Source: Myxococcota bacterium (lineage in GTDB: Bacteria > Myxococcota_A > Polyangia > Polyangiales > Polyangiaceae). From it: a stretch of DNA of 64,000 bases. Shown piece by piece: positions 52,669-63,104 of this stretch. Positions within the stretch are counted from its first letter, which is position 1, and every line of letters begins with the position of its first letter. The stretch lies in assembly GCA_963169915.1 (NCBI GenBank), contig CAUJEM010000123.1, positions 12,914 to 76,913 of the forward strand. The letters are read 5' to 3'. The notes below the pieces were generated by a model, which ran no database searches, was not told the DNA's origin, and saw only the letters and a list, made by a program, of their open reading frames with translations. Made by a program: the position numbers and the translations under genes.

Positions 52669-54552
52669 ATGAGGACTGCGATGAGGCAATGGTTGGTCGG
52701 CTTGGTAGCGCTCGCGGGGTGTATCACGGCTTGCGGCCCTGGCCCGGGTCCCTTGGGCTCGCCGGAGCTGCCCGACTACGACCAGGTGGACCCGAGCGCC
52801 GTCCGGCTCAACGTGTCCAAGAAGATGGCGGAGCCTTTCGTCATGGATTGGCAGTCCGGTCAGCGCGCGGACCTCGAGATCGCGCTGAGCCACGGCCCGG
52901 CCATCGTTCGCTTCGACCAGAACGGCTTCGAGCTGCTGTCGGAGTGTCGAGCCCAAGGCAGGTACGAGTACAACGGCGTCTCTCCGAAGGAGGACACCAA
53001 AGTGTTCCGCTCCCGCGCGGAGCTGCACGCCAACCTCCCGGTGGGGGCGGCGTCGCTCGAGGGCGAGCTGAAGACCGACGGCCAGGTGCGCGTCGAGATC
53101 TTCGTGGTGGGCAAGCACTCACTGGCCGGAGACGTTCGGCGTGAGCAGCTCGAGGGCAACTGCGCAGGCGCGACGCACGTCATCCGAAAGGCGACGGTCG
53201 GGGCGTTCCGCCGGATGCGAGCCGCGGCGCGCTCGGGGAGGGTCGCGGGCGAAGGCTTCGGATCCAGCGCCGAGGCGAGCGGCGCTGGGGAGTCCGCAGA
53301 GGGGATGCGGGACGGTGATTTCGGGGCGTGCAGCGGCGCGGACCCTGACGCGAGCAAGGCGCCGTCGAAGTGCCGCTCGGTGCTCCAAGTGCTGCTCGTG
53401 CCGCTCGACGGCGCGCCGGCGGAGCAGCAGGTGGCGGGGGGTGGGCCGCAGGCGCCCGCCGCCCAGCCCGTGACCTCCGAGCGCCCGGAGTGCGCCGCCG
53501 GGATGGCCTGGGATGGGAGCGCCTGCGTGGAGGTCGCGCGCATCCAGGCCGAGCAGCGCGCCGCGGAGCGCCGAGGGACCACGGCGCCGGTCGCGAGCTA
53601 CGAGTGTAGCCCGACGGACGCTCAGGAGTGCGTCGCCCAGTGCAAGGCGGGGAGCTTGGGCTCTTGCACGACGCTGGGCATGCTGCTCATGACCGGCAGT
53701 CAGCTCCCCAAGGACGAGGCGCGGGCTTTGGCCCTGTGGGAGCGCACGTGCAAGCTGAAGGAGGCCAAGGCCTGCACGATGCTCAACATCTACTACACGG
53801 AGAAGGAGGACTGGCAGCGTGCCTTGCTCTGGGGCTCGAAGGGCTGCCTCGGAGGGGAGCCGGGCGCGTGCACCAACATCGGCGTCCAGGCCTACTTCGG
53901 GCGCGGGACGCGACAGAATCGGGGCGCGGCGCTGCAGCTGTGGCTCCGCGCCTGCAAGATGCGCGACTACCAAGCCTGCGCCAACGCAGGCGTGATGGTG
54001 GTCCATGGGCAAGGCGGCGCCAACCGTAACCCCGCCGCTGGTCGTACGCTGTTCGAGCGTGGCTGTACGGACACGGTCAAGGTCGGGTGCACCAACCTCG
54101 CGGGGATGCTCGAGCTCGGGTTCGGCGGCGCCAAGGATCTCGGCAGGGCGCTCAAGCTCTACTTGGAGGAGTGCAACCAGAGCTCTGCGACGGCCTGCGT
54201 GGGGGCCGGCTTGGTCATCGAAGAGCAGAGCCCCACGCCGGACCACCTCCGGAAGGCGCTGGCGCTCTACGAGCAGGGCTGCGCCGTCCCGCCGGACGGT
54301 GGCTGCTTGGAGGAGAGCGAGATGCGCGAGAGCTACGGCGACCTCCTGAGCAGCGAGGGCTACCACCGACGGAGCTGCGACGGCGCGCCACAGAACGCGC
54401 TGGCCTGTTACAACGCCGGCATCGGCCATGAGCGAGGGTACGGCGGCAGCGTCGACACCGCGCGCGCGGCCTCCTTCCTGAAGAAGGCCTGCGACGAGGG
54501 ACTCAAGAAGGCATGCCGCTCACCGAAGCCGGGCAACCCTCGGCGGATGTAG
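52669..54552 (+). CDS. Lipoprotein with C-terminal Sel1-like (SLR/TPR) repeats
   Basis: [22 protein letters not shown] lipobox. Repeated C..G....C..LG.....G.G...D...A..L...C modules from about residue 310 to the end. Confidence 0.8.
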   Translation: MRTAMRQWLVGLVALAGCITACGPGPGPLGSPELPDYDQVDPSAVRLNVSKKMAEPFVMDWQSGQRADLEIALSHGPAIVRFDQNGFELLSECRAQGRYEYNGVSPKEDTKVFRSRAELHANLPVGAASLEGELKTDGQVRVEIFVVGKHSLAGDVRREQLEGNCAGATHVIRKATVGAFRRMRAAARSGRVAGEGFGSSAEASGAGESAEGMRDGDFGACSGADPDASKAPSKCRSVLQVLLVPLDGAPAEQQVAGGGPQAPAAQPVTSERPECAAGMAWDGSACVEVARIQAEQRAAERRGTTAPVASYECSPTDAQECVAQCKAGSLGSCTTLGMLLMTGSQLPKDEARALALWERTCKLKEAKACTMLNIYYTEKEDWQRALLWGSKGCLGGEPGACTNIGVQAYFGRGTRQNRGAALQLWLRACKMRDYQACANAGVMVVHGQGGANRNPAAGRTLFERGCTDTVKVGCTNLAGMLELGFGGAKDLGRALKLYLEECNQSSATACVGAGLVIEEQSPTPDHLRKALALYEQGCAVPPDGGCLEESEMRESYGDLLSSEGYHRRSCDGAPQNALACYNAGIGHERGYGGSVDTARAASFLKKACDEGLKKACRSPKPGNPRRM

Positions 54553-56285
54553 GCCTCGTCGCGGCGCGAGTCAGGGCGCTCGCCAGCAAAGTGGAGCCAC
54601 CTGGGGCGCAGCTCCCCTCGGCGCTGCGCGCAGACTGCGTGGCGGAGCTGCGCGAGCTGAGGCTCGAGTGGCGCAGAAACTCGGGCGCGTTCGGCCCCGA
54701 ACAGCTCGCCATGCTCAAGACCATCGCAGCGACGCTCGAGGGCGCCCCGGGGCGTCGCGCGCCGGAGGCCATGGACGCTGGCGCCCGTCCGTCGCCACAA
54801 GAGGTGCTCTCGTCCGTCTTCGGGTATGAGCGCTTCCGGCCCGGTCAGCGGGAGCTCATCGAGGCGGTGCTGGCTGGCGCCGACTGCGTCGGGATCATGC
54901 CGACGGGCGCCGGTAAGTCTCTGACGTACCAGATCCCGGCGCGCCTCTTGGGCGGGCTGACGCTCGTCGTCTCTCCGCTCATCGCCCTGATGAAAGATCA
55001 GGTGGACGCGCTGCGCGAGGTCGGGCTCCGCGCCACCTTCCTCAATTCGTCGCTGGAGCCCGGAGAGCGCGCCGCGCGCGTGGCGCAGATCCGGCGCGGT
55101 GAGCTGGAGCTGGTGTACGCCGCGCCGGAGGGCCTCAAGGCCACCGTGGCTCAGGATCTGAGGGGGCTGCGGATCTCGCTCATCGCGGTGGACGAGGCCC
55201 ACTGCATCTCCCAGTGGGGCCATGACTTTCGCCCGGCCTACCGGGCGCTCGGGGATCTGAAGCGCCGCTTCGGTGAGGTGCCGGTCTTGGCGCTCACGGC
55301 CACCGCCACCGAGCAGGTCACCAGTGACATCGCCGAGCAGCTCTCCATGCACCGGCCGCGGCTCTACCGCGGCTCCTTCTTTCGCCCCAACCTCAAGTTG
55401 TACGCGATCCGTAAGGGGGGCGACGGTCCGAGCACCCGCGACGCCATCCTCCGCCTAGTGCTGGCGCGGCGTGGGCAGACGGGGATCATCTACGCGCTCT
55501 CGCGCAAGGCCTGTGAGAGCCTGGCGGCGCACCTGGGGCGTTACGGACTGCGGGCGGCGGCCTACCACGCCGGGCTCGAGCCGCTCGAGCGCGCGTCGGT
55601 GCAAGACGCCTTCAAGAACGACGACCTCGACGTCGTGGTGGCCACCATCGCGTTCGGGATGGGCATCGACAAGTCCAACGTGCGCTACGTCATCCATCGT
55701 GACATGCCCCGCAGCGTGGAGGGCTATTATCAGGAGGTGGGGCGCGCCGGCCGCGATGGCCTCGACAGCGACTGCGTGCTCTTCTATTCGTGGGCGGACG
55801 TGCTCGCCGTCGAGCGCTTCGCGTGTGACGACGACGCGGCCTTTCAGCGCCAGCGGCGCCTGGTGCGGGAGATGTACGCGCTGGCCGAAGGGGCGGGCTG
55901 TCGTCACCAGCGCCTGGTGGCGCACTTCGGGGAGACGGCGCCCGCTTGCGGCGCGAGCTGTGACCGGTGCCGGGAGGTGGAGGCCCCGGTGATGGCCTCG
56001 GCCGTGCCGCGCCGACGCCGGGGCGAGGCGCCGGTCGTCAGGGCCGAGCAGGCTCCCGCCTCGCTGTTGGAGCGGCTCAAGCTCCTGCGTCGGCGCTTGG
56101 CCGAGGAGCGCGGGGTGCCAGCCTACGTGGTGTTCAGCGACGCCACGCTGACCGAGCTGGCGCTGCGGCGCCCCCGGTCGGAGGCCGAGCTGCTCGCGGT
56201 CTCCGGCGTCGGGCCGAAGAAGCTCGACACCTACGGCGCCGCCTTTCTGGAGGAGCTGGCGCGCGCCGCTGAGCTCGGCGTCTGA
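54513..56285 (+). CDS. recQ: ATP-dependent DNA helicase RecQ
   Basis: [38 protein letters not shown], and a C-terminal HRDC ([11 protein letters not shown]...VSGVGPKKL). ATG 54513 overlaps the previous gene by 40 nt; the next in-frame ATG is 54711. Confidence 0.9.
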   Translation: MPLTEAGQPSADVGLVAARVRALASKVEPPGAQLPSALRADCVAELRELRLEWRRNSGAFGPEQLAMLKTIAATLEGAPGRRAPEAMDAGARPSPQEVLSSVFGYERFRPGQRELIEAVLAGADCVGIMPTGAGKSLTYQIPARLLGGLTLVVSPLIALMKDQVDALREVGLRATFLNSSLEPGERAARVAQIRRGELELVYAAPEGLKATVAQDLRGLRISLIAVDEAHCISQWGHDFRPAYRALGDLKRRFGEVPVLALTATATEQVTSDIAEQLSMHRPRLYRGSFFRPNLKLYAIRKGGDGPSTRDAILRLVLARRGQTGIIYALSRKACESLAAHLGRYGLRAAAYHAGLEPLERASVQDAFKNDDLDVVVATIAFGMGIDKSNVRYVIHRDMPRSVEGYYQEVGRAGRDGLDSDCVLFYSWADVLAVERFACDDDAAFQRQRRLVREMYALAEGAGCRHQRLVAHFGETAPACGASCDRCREVEAPVMASAVPRRRRGEAPVVRAEQAPASLLERLKLLRRRLAEERGVPAYVVFSDATLTELALRRPRSEAELLAVSGVGPKKLDTYGAAFLEELARAAELGV

Positions 56286-56389
56286 GCCAGGGGCTCGAGC
56301 GAAGGCCGCAGGGCGCGCGGCGCGCTCCTCGCCCCTCGCGCCGCTCGACGGCGCTTGACCACGGTCTGGTCCGCGCGCATCAAGCGCTC

Positions 56390-57208
56390 ATGAAGTCCGG
56401 CAGCCTCAGGTGGACGCTCGTGGCCCTCACCCTCACGGCGTGCAGCGGTGGGGCTCGGCGCTGCCCGACCAGCCCCGCGCCCGCAGCGCCGGCGCTGCCG
56501 GCCAGCGGCAGCTCGGCGCAGAGGTCGGCCGCGCTGGCGCCCACCGCCTCGGCGCCGCCTACGCCGGAGGCGGCGCCCGCGTCACCCCCGGTGCAGCCGC
56601 CGTGGGAGGCGCCGGTGAGCTCGGCGGCGTCCTCGGCGCCGCCTCCCCCCGCGCAGGAGCCGCCGCCCGCCCCCGAAGCGTCGCCCAGCCCTGCCGCTCC
56701 CGCGCCCTCGGCGCCGGAGCTCAGCCCCGCGCTGACGGACGCTGGCGGCGCGTGGCTCCCTCAGACGGACGAGCGCCCGCGGAGCGACTCGCCCTTCGTG
56801 AAGGCACAGGCCGCGCTGCTCTGGCAAGCCATCGTCGAAGACCGACCGGCGCTCGCGCGGAGCTTCTTCTTTCCGCAGGCCGCCTACGCGAAGGTCAAGG
56901 ACATTCAGCGACCGGAGCGGGACTGGAGCCACCGGCTCTACGCGGCCTTCGAGCGTGACGTCCACGCCTTCCACCGCCGCCTCGGCGCCGACCGCGCGCG
57001 GCTGAGCTTCTTGGGGCTCGAGGTGGACGAGGCCCGAGCGAAGTGGATGAAGCCCGGCAGTGAGGGCAATAAACTCGGCTACTACCGCGTCTTGCGCTCG
57101 CGCCTCGCGTACCGCTTGCCCGATGGCCGCCGCGCACACCTGGAGCTCACGAGCCTCATCTCTTGGCGCGGCGAGTGGTACGTCGTCCACCTCGATGGCT
57201 TCAAGTGA
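56390..57208 (+). CDS. Lipoprotein with a Pro/Ala-rich linker, unknown function
   Basis: MKSGSLRWTLVALTLTACS lipobox. Globular C-terminal domain. Confidence 0.7.
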   Translation: MKSGSLRWTLVALTLTACSGGARRCPTSPAPAAPALPASGSSAQRSAALAPTASAPPTPEAAPASPPVQPPWEAPVSSAASSAPPPPAQEPPPAPEASPSPAAPAPSAPELSPALTDAGGAWLPQTDERPRSDSPFVKAQAALLWQAIVEDRPALARSFFFPQAAYAKVKDIQRPERDWSHRLYAAFERDVHAFHRRLGADRARLSFLGLEVDEARAKWMKPGSEGNKLGYYRVLRSRLAYRLPDGRRAHLELTSLISWRGEWYVVHLDGFK

Positions 57209-57231
57209 GCGCCGCCAGGCCGCGGCGGCGC
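57209..57231. terminator. Hairpin between convergent genes
   Basis: gcgccgcc (57209-57216) pairs with ggcggcgc (57224-57231), immediately after the stop at 57208. Confidence 0.35.
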
Positions 57232-57238
57232 GCTCCCG

Positions 57239-57790
57239 TCAGAAGCAGCGCCCCACCGACAAGAAGCCGAACGGGCGCCCGCGCGCCGTGGTGTAGGCCT
57301 TGGTCCAGATGATGGAGCGGGTCAGCTTGCTGATGTTGTAAAACACGGGGATCCCGCCGGCCGTCTGCTCGACCAGCAACCACTCCGCCTCGGTGTTCTT
57401 CAGCAGCTCGAGGGGCGCCTCCCCGGAGTTGCCCTTGACGCGGGGGTGCTGGGATCCAAGCCCGGTGAAGGTGACGCGCAGCACCTCCCCGGGGCGCAGC
57501 TCGAACTGCGGTGAGGGCTCCTGGTGGGGGACGTCGTCGTAGCTGGCGTAGGCGGCACCCCGGAACTCACACACCACCACGTCCCCGAGCGGGCGAGGCG
57601 TCTGAGTCCACTCCTGCGTCCCAGGGTAGGTGGAGTAGTAGCTGCAGCTCTCGGTGTCGCAATGGACGCCGGGAGGGAGGCTGGGCGGGGTGGTGGCGGG
57701 AGCTGGAGCGGTCGCGGGGCGGGTGGCCTCGGGACCACAGCCGGCCAGCCCGACACCGAACGTCAACACGAGGAGGGGAGCGCGGTGCAC
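57239..57790 (-). CDS. Lipoprotein, unknown function, downstream of the RND/MMPL transporter
   Basis: MHRAPLLVLTFGVGLAGC lipobox. Lies 4 nt after the transporter stop. Confidence 0.7.
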   Translation of the reverse strand: MHRAPLLVLTFGVGLAGCGPEATRPATAPAPATTPPSLPPGVHCDTESCSYYSTYPGTQEWTQTPRPLGDVVVCEFRGAAYASYDDVPHQEPSPQFELRPGEVLRVTFTGLGSQHPRVKGNSGEAPLELLKNTEAEWLLVEQTAGGIPVFYNISKLTRSIIWTKAYTTARGRPFGFLSVGRCF

Positions 57791-57794
57791 GCGC

Positions 57795-60299
57795 TCATGG
57801 TGTCACAGGAGCGCGCGCGCCGCGAGCACGTCTCAAGACGCGCCAGTGCAGGAAGGCGGGCAGCACCAGCATGCCGGCGAACACCGTGGCAAACTCCCCG
57901 ACGGCGGCGGTCAGACCGTAGCTCTGGACGGCGCGGTTGATGCTCGTGAGCAGCGCCAGGTCTCCCAGCATGGTGGTGAGCGAACAGACCACGACGGCGC
58001 CGCCCGTCTCCACCACGATGCGATCGATGTTCGCGTCGCCCTCGCTCTGGTGTCGGCCCAGGATGTTGAGCGCGTAGTCCGCGCCGACGCCGATGCTGAC
58101 GGGGAGCGCGACGAAATTGAGGAAGTTTAGCTTGAGCTGCCGGATGGCCAAGAAGCCGAGCAGCCACAGCATCCCCAAGAGCAGGATGCCCATCGCGCCG
58201 AAGGCGCGGCCCCGCGCGCGGAAGGTGATGAAGATGACGGCGACCGTCCCCAGGAAGCTGAGCAAGATGGCCTTGGGGGCCTCGTGCTTGATGCTCAGCA
58301 GCATGTCCGCGAAGACGACCGGGTCGCCCGTCCCCCGGATGATCTCACCGCTCGGGAGCCGGACCTCGCGGAAGGAGTCCGCCCACTGGAGGAGGTAGTG
58401 AGCGTCGTACACGCTCCGCCCGGAGGTAGGGACGATGTACACGACGCGCCCCCGCGTGCCGTCTTGCTCCGTGAAGGGGCGCGCGACGAGCTCCGGTAGG
58501 GAGTCGGCGTCGATGCGCTGCAGCTTCGCGGGCAAGTGCTCGCGGATCTTCGCGAGCTCCGAGTCGGAGATGAACCCGCGCTTGTGCCCGCGCTGGACGC
58601 GGTCCTCGATGTCCGCGAGCAGCGCGAGCTTCTCGTCTTGGTCCTTCGGCAACAGCGAGGCGATGCTCACCACGCGGTCGAAGGGCTTGGCGTCCGCGGG
58701 GGCCGCGTCTCGGCGCTGAGTGAGGGCCTGCACCAGGGGCTCGACCTGATCGACGCGGTCCGTCAGGATGGCGCGCCCGTCTTGCCCCAAGCGCCCCACC
58801 AGCTTGTCGACGCGCACCGACAGCGTGCCCGCGGAGGTGGGGCTCAGCCGTTCGTTACGGATGCGCGCCAGATCGTATTCCATCGGGTCGTTACGGAAGT
58901 AACCGACGCCGAGGATGGCGCTCACGAGGCCGAGCCCGACGCCGGTGATGGCGATGGTGCGCGGAGCATGGTGCGCGAGCCACGCGAAGGGGCGGCCATA
59001 GAGCCCGCGCAGCTTCTCGGCCAGGCCGGGCGCCGTGTTCAGGGGACGCAGGCGCTCGAGGGCGGAGAGCACGGCAGGGAGCACCGTGTAGGTAGCGATC
59101 CAGCAGAGCAGCATGCCCGTCCCGGCGATGACGCCGAAGTGCTTGAAGCCACGGAAATCCGTCACCGACAGCGAGCCATAGGCCACCATGGCGGCGCCCG
59201 CGGCGCCCAGGGTCCCGAGCCATGTCTCTTGGTGCGCGGTGTGCAGCGCCTGCTCGGCGTTGGCCTCACCCCCACGGCGCTCTTCGAGGTAGCGCGCCAT
59301 GAACACGATCCCGAAGTTGATGCCGTTGCCGGCGATGATGCTGGCGAGGAAGCCGGTGGCCGTGTTGAGGTAGCCGACCGTCAGCCGCGCCGCGCCGAAG
59401 GCCCAGGTGCAGCCCACCAGGATGGTGATGGTCATGGCCAGCAGCACCCGCAGCCGCAAGAAGAAGCAGTAGACCACCCCCAAGATGAGCAGCACGCCGA
59501 TGCTGCCGACCGCGATGAGATCGTCCACCACCGCTTGCTGCTGCTCCGCGCTGGTGATGATGTTGCCGGTGAAGTTGAGCTTGAAGCCCGGGTCCGCCTT
59601 GGCGTAGCCGCCCTCCTCGGCCAGGCGCACGATGGTCGCCTCGAGCTCGGCGACGCGTGGATCGGTGCTGCCGAGCGGGGTGCGCACCAGCATGGCGGCG
59701 AGGTGGCCGTCCTCACCGATGTAGTAGCCGTCCTGGCCGGGGCTCTTGGCCTTCGCTTCGTCGATCTGCTTGCGGAAGCGCGCCTCGACCGACTGCGCCG
59801 TGACCTCCGGGGGGACCTCGTCCTCCTCGAGATCCAGCCCGAGGCCGGTGGCCTTGCCGACCTCGTAGTCGTACCGCGCCAGGATGTCGTCGTGGAGCCC
59901 GCGCAGATCTTCGACGCTAGCGTAGAGCGCCTGGTTGTCCTCGAAGAAGCGCTGCGCCAGGCGGGGCCCGTCGTCCACGGCGGCGACGATCTCCGGGGGG
60001 AGCGCGCGGAGCTTCGGCCCGACCTCATCGACGAAGCGCCGCAGGAGGGCGGTGTCCCGGCTCTCGATGGCGATGGTCAGGGTGTTGACGCCCGCGAGGC
60101 GGTTGGCCGTTCGCCGGGCCTCGATGACGCTCGGCTTACTGTCGGGGAGCAGCTCGCTGAAGGCCGTCTTCAGCGTGAGCTGTGAGCTGAAATACCCCAT
60201 GGGCAGCAGCGTGAGCAGGGTCACGGCGAGGACGCGGAACGGGTGACGGTGCTGCCAGTGCGCCAGGCGCGCGAGGATGCGTTGGATGAGAGCGGCCAT
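57795..60299 (-). CDS. RND-superfamily / MMPL-type membrane transporter
   Basis: 834 aa. Two blocks of about 6 TM helices, each preceded by a large soluble loop. Typical MMPL/SSD-like layout. Confidence 0.8.
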   Translation of the reverse strand: MAALIQRILARLAHWQHRHPFRVLAVTLLTLLPMGYFSSQLTLKTAFSELLPDSKPSVIEARRTANRLAGVNTLTIAIESRDTALLRRFVDEVGPKLRALPPEIVAAVDDGPRLAQRFFEDNQALYASVEDLRGLHDDILARYDYEVGKATGLGLDLEEDEVPPEVTAQSVEARFRKQIDEAKAKSPGQDGYYIGEDGHLAAMLVRTPLGSTDPRVAELEATIVRLAEEGGYAKADPGFKLNFTGNIITSAEQQQAVVDDLIAVGSIGVLLILGVVYCFFLRLRVLLAMTITILVGCTWAFGAARLTVGYLNTATGFLASIIAGNGINFGIVFMARYLEERRGGEANAEQALHTAHQETWLGTLGAAGAAMVAYGSLSVTDFRGFKHFGVIAGTGMLLCWIATYTVLPAVLSALERLRPLNTAPGLAEKLRGLYGRPFAWLAHHAPRTIAITGVGLGLVSAILGVGYFRNDPMEYDLARIRNERLSPTSAGTLSVRVDKLVGRLGQDGRAILTDRVDQVEPLVQALTQRRDAAPADAKPFDRVVSIASLLPKDQDEKLALLADIEDRVQRGHKRGFISDSELAKIREHLPAKLQRIDADSLPELVARPFTEQDGTRGRVVYIVPTSGRSVYDAHYLLQWADSFREVRLPSGEIIRGTGDPVVFADMLLSIKHEAPKAILLSFLGTVAVIFITFRARGRAFGAMGILLLGMLWLLGFLAIRQLKLNFLNFVALPVSIGVGADYALNILGRHQSEGDANIDRIVVETGGAVVVCSLTTMLGDLALLTSINRAVQSYGLTAAVGEFATVFAGMLVLPAFLHWRVLRRARGARAPVTP

Positions 60300-60455
60300 G
60301 AATCCGGTGTCGCCAGGGGGCGGGCCAGCGCGACCGTAGCACGGCCTTCCCGTCGCCTGTCGACCCCGAGGGTTGGCGCGTGGACGCGCGCCGGCGCCTC
60401 TCGCGCGGCGCGCGCGTCAGCGCCTCGGACCCCAGCGTGGCCGCGCGCCGTGCGG

Positions 60456-60531
60456 TGGCGCCCCCGGCAAGAGTCGAACTTGCGACCAATGGTTTAGGAA
60501 ACCACTGCTCTATCCACTGAGCTACGGGGGC
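60456..60531 (-). tRNA. tRNA-Arg (anticodon CCT)
   Basis: Minus strand GCCCCCGTAGCTCAGTGGATAGAGCAGTGGTTTCCTAAACCATTGGTCGCAAGTTCGACTCTTGCCGGGGGCGCCA folds into a perfect cloverleaf: 7-bp acceptor stem, anticodon loop TTCCTAA, T-loop TTCGACT, encoded CCA. Confidence 0.92.
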
Positions 60532-60654
60532 GGAGAGGAGCGGCAGCCTACACCACTTCGACCCGAAATGAAGCCGCGGAGCGCCGCGGAGCCTCGGGGC
60601 GCGAGGGAGGCGTGAGCCACGCGCCGCGCGGGCGCCCGACCGTGACCGAGCGGC

Positions 60655-61686
60655 TCAGCGCCCAGGGGCGTCCCACTCACACACGACGGCGTACTTGACG
60701 CTGCAGCGGCGATCATTCCAGCCGCCCGCCTTCTCCTGCATGAGGCAGTGCTCGTAGTAGTCCGTGAACCACTCGTTGCTCTTGGAGGCGTTGGGCTCCC
60801 CAGCTTTCCAGTTGTTGTACTGGAACGGCGCGCCATCCACCCACGTGTAGACCCCGACGCCCGGCTCCTTCTCGCCCTTGCCGTCGTGGGCGCCGAGCCA
60901 GATGTCACGGTTGGCCAGGGTCTGCACGTGCTGCCGCTCGGCCGCGCTCACGATGGTGGCCGGATGAGCCGCGCGGTCTTTGCAGTAATTGAAGGAGTCT
61001 TCCCAGCTGCGCTGCGTGTCGGAGAGCCAGTAGCAGTGGTAGTTGCCCGTCCACAGCGCACCCCGCAGGCATGAGACGGTGCAGTCGTTCTTGCAGCCGT
61101 CGTCGTCCTTGGAGTTGCCGTCGTCGCACTGCTCGTTGCCGTTGACCACGCCGTCCCCGCAGTAGCCGGTGGCGCCGGTGCCGCCGGAGCCCGCCGTGCC
61201 GCCGGAGCCCGCCGTGCCGCCGGAGCCCGCCGTGCCGCCGGAGCCCGCCGTGCCGCCGGAGCCCGCCGTGCCGCCGGAGCCCGCGGCAGCTCCGACGCCC
61301 GCCGCTCCAGCGCTCCCACCAGCGCCGGCTTCCCCTGAAGCGCCGCTGGCGCCCGCGGCTCCCATCCCGCCTTCACCACCTTCACCGCCAGCAGCGCCTC
61401 CTTCGCCCCCCACCGCGCCGCCGCTGCCGCCGGAGCCCGCGCCGCCGCTGGTCCCGCCGCTGGCACCGGAGCCCGCCGCACCGCCGGAGCCCGCGTCACC
61501 GCTGGTCCCGCTGCTGCCGCCGCTGCCTCCCGCTTGGCCCGCGCTCCCACTGGCGCCCGCCGCAGCCCCGTGGCCGGCCGCGCCGCCACCCACCGGGCCA
61601 CCGGCGCCCTCCGTGTCGACGGAGCATCCGAGCGGGCCGACGAGGAGGGTGAGCGTGGCAGAGAGACCGAGGACCAGCGTGCGCAT
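60655..61686 (-). CDS. Lipoprotein with a Gly/Ala/Ser repeat linker, a myxobacterial Cys-rich repeat and a C-type lectin domain
   Basis: Lipobox LLVGPLGC. (GGTAGS)n linker. YCGDGVVNGNEQCDDGN...DGCKNDC. CTLD with WLGAHD, EPN (60790..60798), WND (60712..60720) and terminal VVCEW. Confidence 0.85.
   Translation of the reverse strand: MRTLVLGLSATLTLLVGPLGCSVDTEGAGGPVGGGAAGHGAAAGASGSAGQAGGSGGSSGTSGDAGSGGAAGSGASGGTSGGAGSGGSGGAVGGEGGAAGGEGGEGGMGAAGASGASGEAGAGGSAGAAGVGAAAGSGGTAGSGGTAGSGGTAGSGGTAGSGGTAGSGGTGATGYCGDGVVNGNEQCDDGNSKDDDGCKNDCTVSCLRGALWTGNYHCYWLSDTQRSWEDSFNYCKDRAAHPATIVSAAERQHVQTLANRDIWLGAHDGKGEKEPGVGVYTWVDGAPFQYNNWKAGEPNASKSNEWFTDYYEHCLMQEKAGGWNDRRCSVKYAVVCEWDAPGR
61178..61285 (-). repeat. 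Six tandem 18-bp units (gtgccgccggagcccgcc) encoding (GGTAGS)n
   Basis: Five identical consecutive units run from 61178 to 61267. A sixth unit with one mismatch runs 61268-61285. All are in frame within the lectin gene. Confidence 0.9.
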
Positions 61687-61775
61687 CGGGCGGAGCTTAG
61701 CAGCTTTGTGCGGGGCGGTCAGGAAGCCGAGGCGAGCCGTTCCCGCGGCGCGGTGGCTGATCTAAGACCCTGGGC

Positions 61776-63104
61776 ATGCCCGCGCTCCCCACGCTCGCGC
61801 TGACCGGCGCCTTGCTCGCCCAGGCGGCCACGCCAACCCTCCCGGTGCAGGAGCGCAGGCTCCCCAACGGCCTGACCGTCCTGCTCAGCGAAGATCACAG
61901 CCTGCCCGTCGTCGCCGTGGAGGTGCGGTACCTCGTGGGGTCGTCCTTCGAGCGCGCCGGGCGCAGCGGCTTCGCGCACCTGTTCGAGCACCTCATGTTT
62001 CAGGGCTCCCAGCACTACGACCGCGAGTACTTCACGCCCTTCGAGCCCATCGGTGGCGAGGTGAATGGCACGACGAATCAAGACCGCACCAACTACTTCG
62101 AGCGGGTCCCGAGCAACACCCTGCCGCTGGCGCTCTGGATGGAGTCGGACCGCATGGGGGGGCTGCTCCCGGTGCTCACGCAGGCCAAGCTGGACAACCA
62201 GCGCGACGTGGTGCGCAACGAGCGGCGGCAGAGCTATGAGAACCGCCCGTACGGGATGTTCGGGACCTACGTGACGGAGGCCGTCTTCCCACCGAGCCAC
62301 CCGTACCATCGCTCGGTCATCGGCTCGCACGAGGATCTGGCGGCGGCCTCCCTCGAGGACGTCCGCGAGTTTTTCACGGAGTATTACTGCGCCAGCAACG
62401 CGGTGGTCACTCTGGTGGGCGACTTCGCGTCGGCCGAGGCCTTGGCGCTCGTCGAGCGCAACTTCGGCTCCTTGCCGGCAGGGCGACGAGCGCCGACGCC
62501 CCGCGCGGAGCCGCCCACCGTCGCCGCTCGCCAGCACCTCGTCAAGACGGACGACGTGAAGCTCCCCCGCGTCCACTTGGCCTGGGCGACGCCCGCGCTC
62601 TACGCGCCCGGTGACGCGGAGCTGGATTTGCTCTCGTCGGTGCTCACGGACGGCAAGGCGTCGCGGCTCTACAAGCCGCTCGTGTATGAGCAGAAGCTCG
62701 CCAAGGACGTCACCGCCTATCAGGCGTCCATGCGGCTCGCGAGCTACTACGTCGTGCAGGCCACGGCGGCGCCAGGAGTGACCGCGGACGAGCTGGCCGC
62801 GAAGCTCACGGACGCCCTCGCCGCGGCGCTCGCGAGCCCGCCCAGCGCCCGGGAGCTCGAGCAAGCGAAGACCGACTACCGCAAGGGCTTCTTCGTGGGG
62901 CTCGAGAGCGTGCTGACGCGCGCGCGGCTCTTGTCGACGTACTGGCACTTCACCGGGAGCGCCGACTATCTGGCGCGAGACCTCGACCGCTACTTGCAGG
63001 CCACCCCCGAGGCAGTCCAGAGCGCGGGGCGTCGCTGGCTCGTCCCGTCCGCCGCGGTGCGCATCGACATCGTCCCCGGCGCGAAGGCGGGAGGTGAGCC
63101 GTGA
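61776..63104 (+). CDS. M16-family (pitrilysin/insulinase) zinc peptidase, catalytic subunit
   Basis: Signal peptide. Inverted zinc motif FAHLFEHLMFQGS (HxxEH) with a downstream NGTTNQDRTNYF. Confidence 0.9.
   Translation: MPALPTLALTGALLAQAATPTLPVQERRLPNGLTVLLSEDHSLPVVAVEVRYLVGSSFERAGRSGFAHLFEHLMFQGSQHYDREYFTPFEPIGGEVNGTTNQDRTNYFERVPSNTLPLALWMESDRMGGLLPVLTQAKLDNQRDVVRNERRQSYENRPYGMFGTYVTEAVFPPSHPYHRSVIGSHEDLAAASLEDVREFFTEYYCASNAVVTLVGDFASAEALALVERNFGSLPAGRRAPTPRAEPPTVAARQHLVKTDDVKLPRVHLAWATPALYAPGDAELDLLSSVLTDGKASRLYKPLVYEQKLAKDVTAYQASMRLASYYVVQATAAPGVTADELAAKLTDALAAALASPPSARELEQAKTDYRKGFFVGLESVLTRARLLSTYWHFTGSADYLARDLDRYLQATPEAVQSAGRRWLVPSAAVRIDIVPGAKAGGEP

Noticed and set aside
54513-54552. 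40-nt overlap between the Sel1-repeat gene end and the recQ ORF start, as a possible frameshift or fusion.
   Set aside because: Both frames are intact and end or start normally. The overlap simply reflects uncertainty in the recQ start (the next ATG is at 54711). No slippery sequence or interrupted domain is seen.
61178-61285. Possibility that the 18-bp repeats are a CRISPR array, or that the C-type lectin gene is a diversity-generating retroelement target.
   Set aside because: The repeats are contiguous without spacers and in frame within a CDS. No cas genes, reverse transcriptase or template-repeat copy of the lectin C-terminus is present in the window.
60300-61775. Genomic island or mobile element integrated at tRNA-Arg(CCT).
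   Set aside because: There is no integrase, transposase or duplicated tRNA 3' end, and no direct repeat is visible. Only one cargo-like gene (the lectin) lies beside the tRNA, so I left horizontal transfer as a hypothesis inside the lectin finding.
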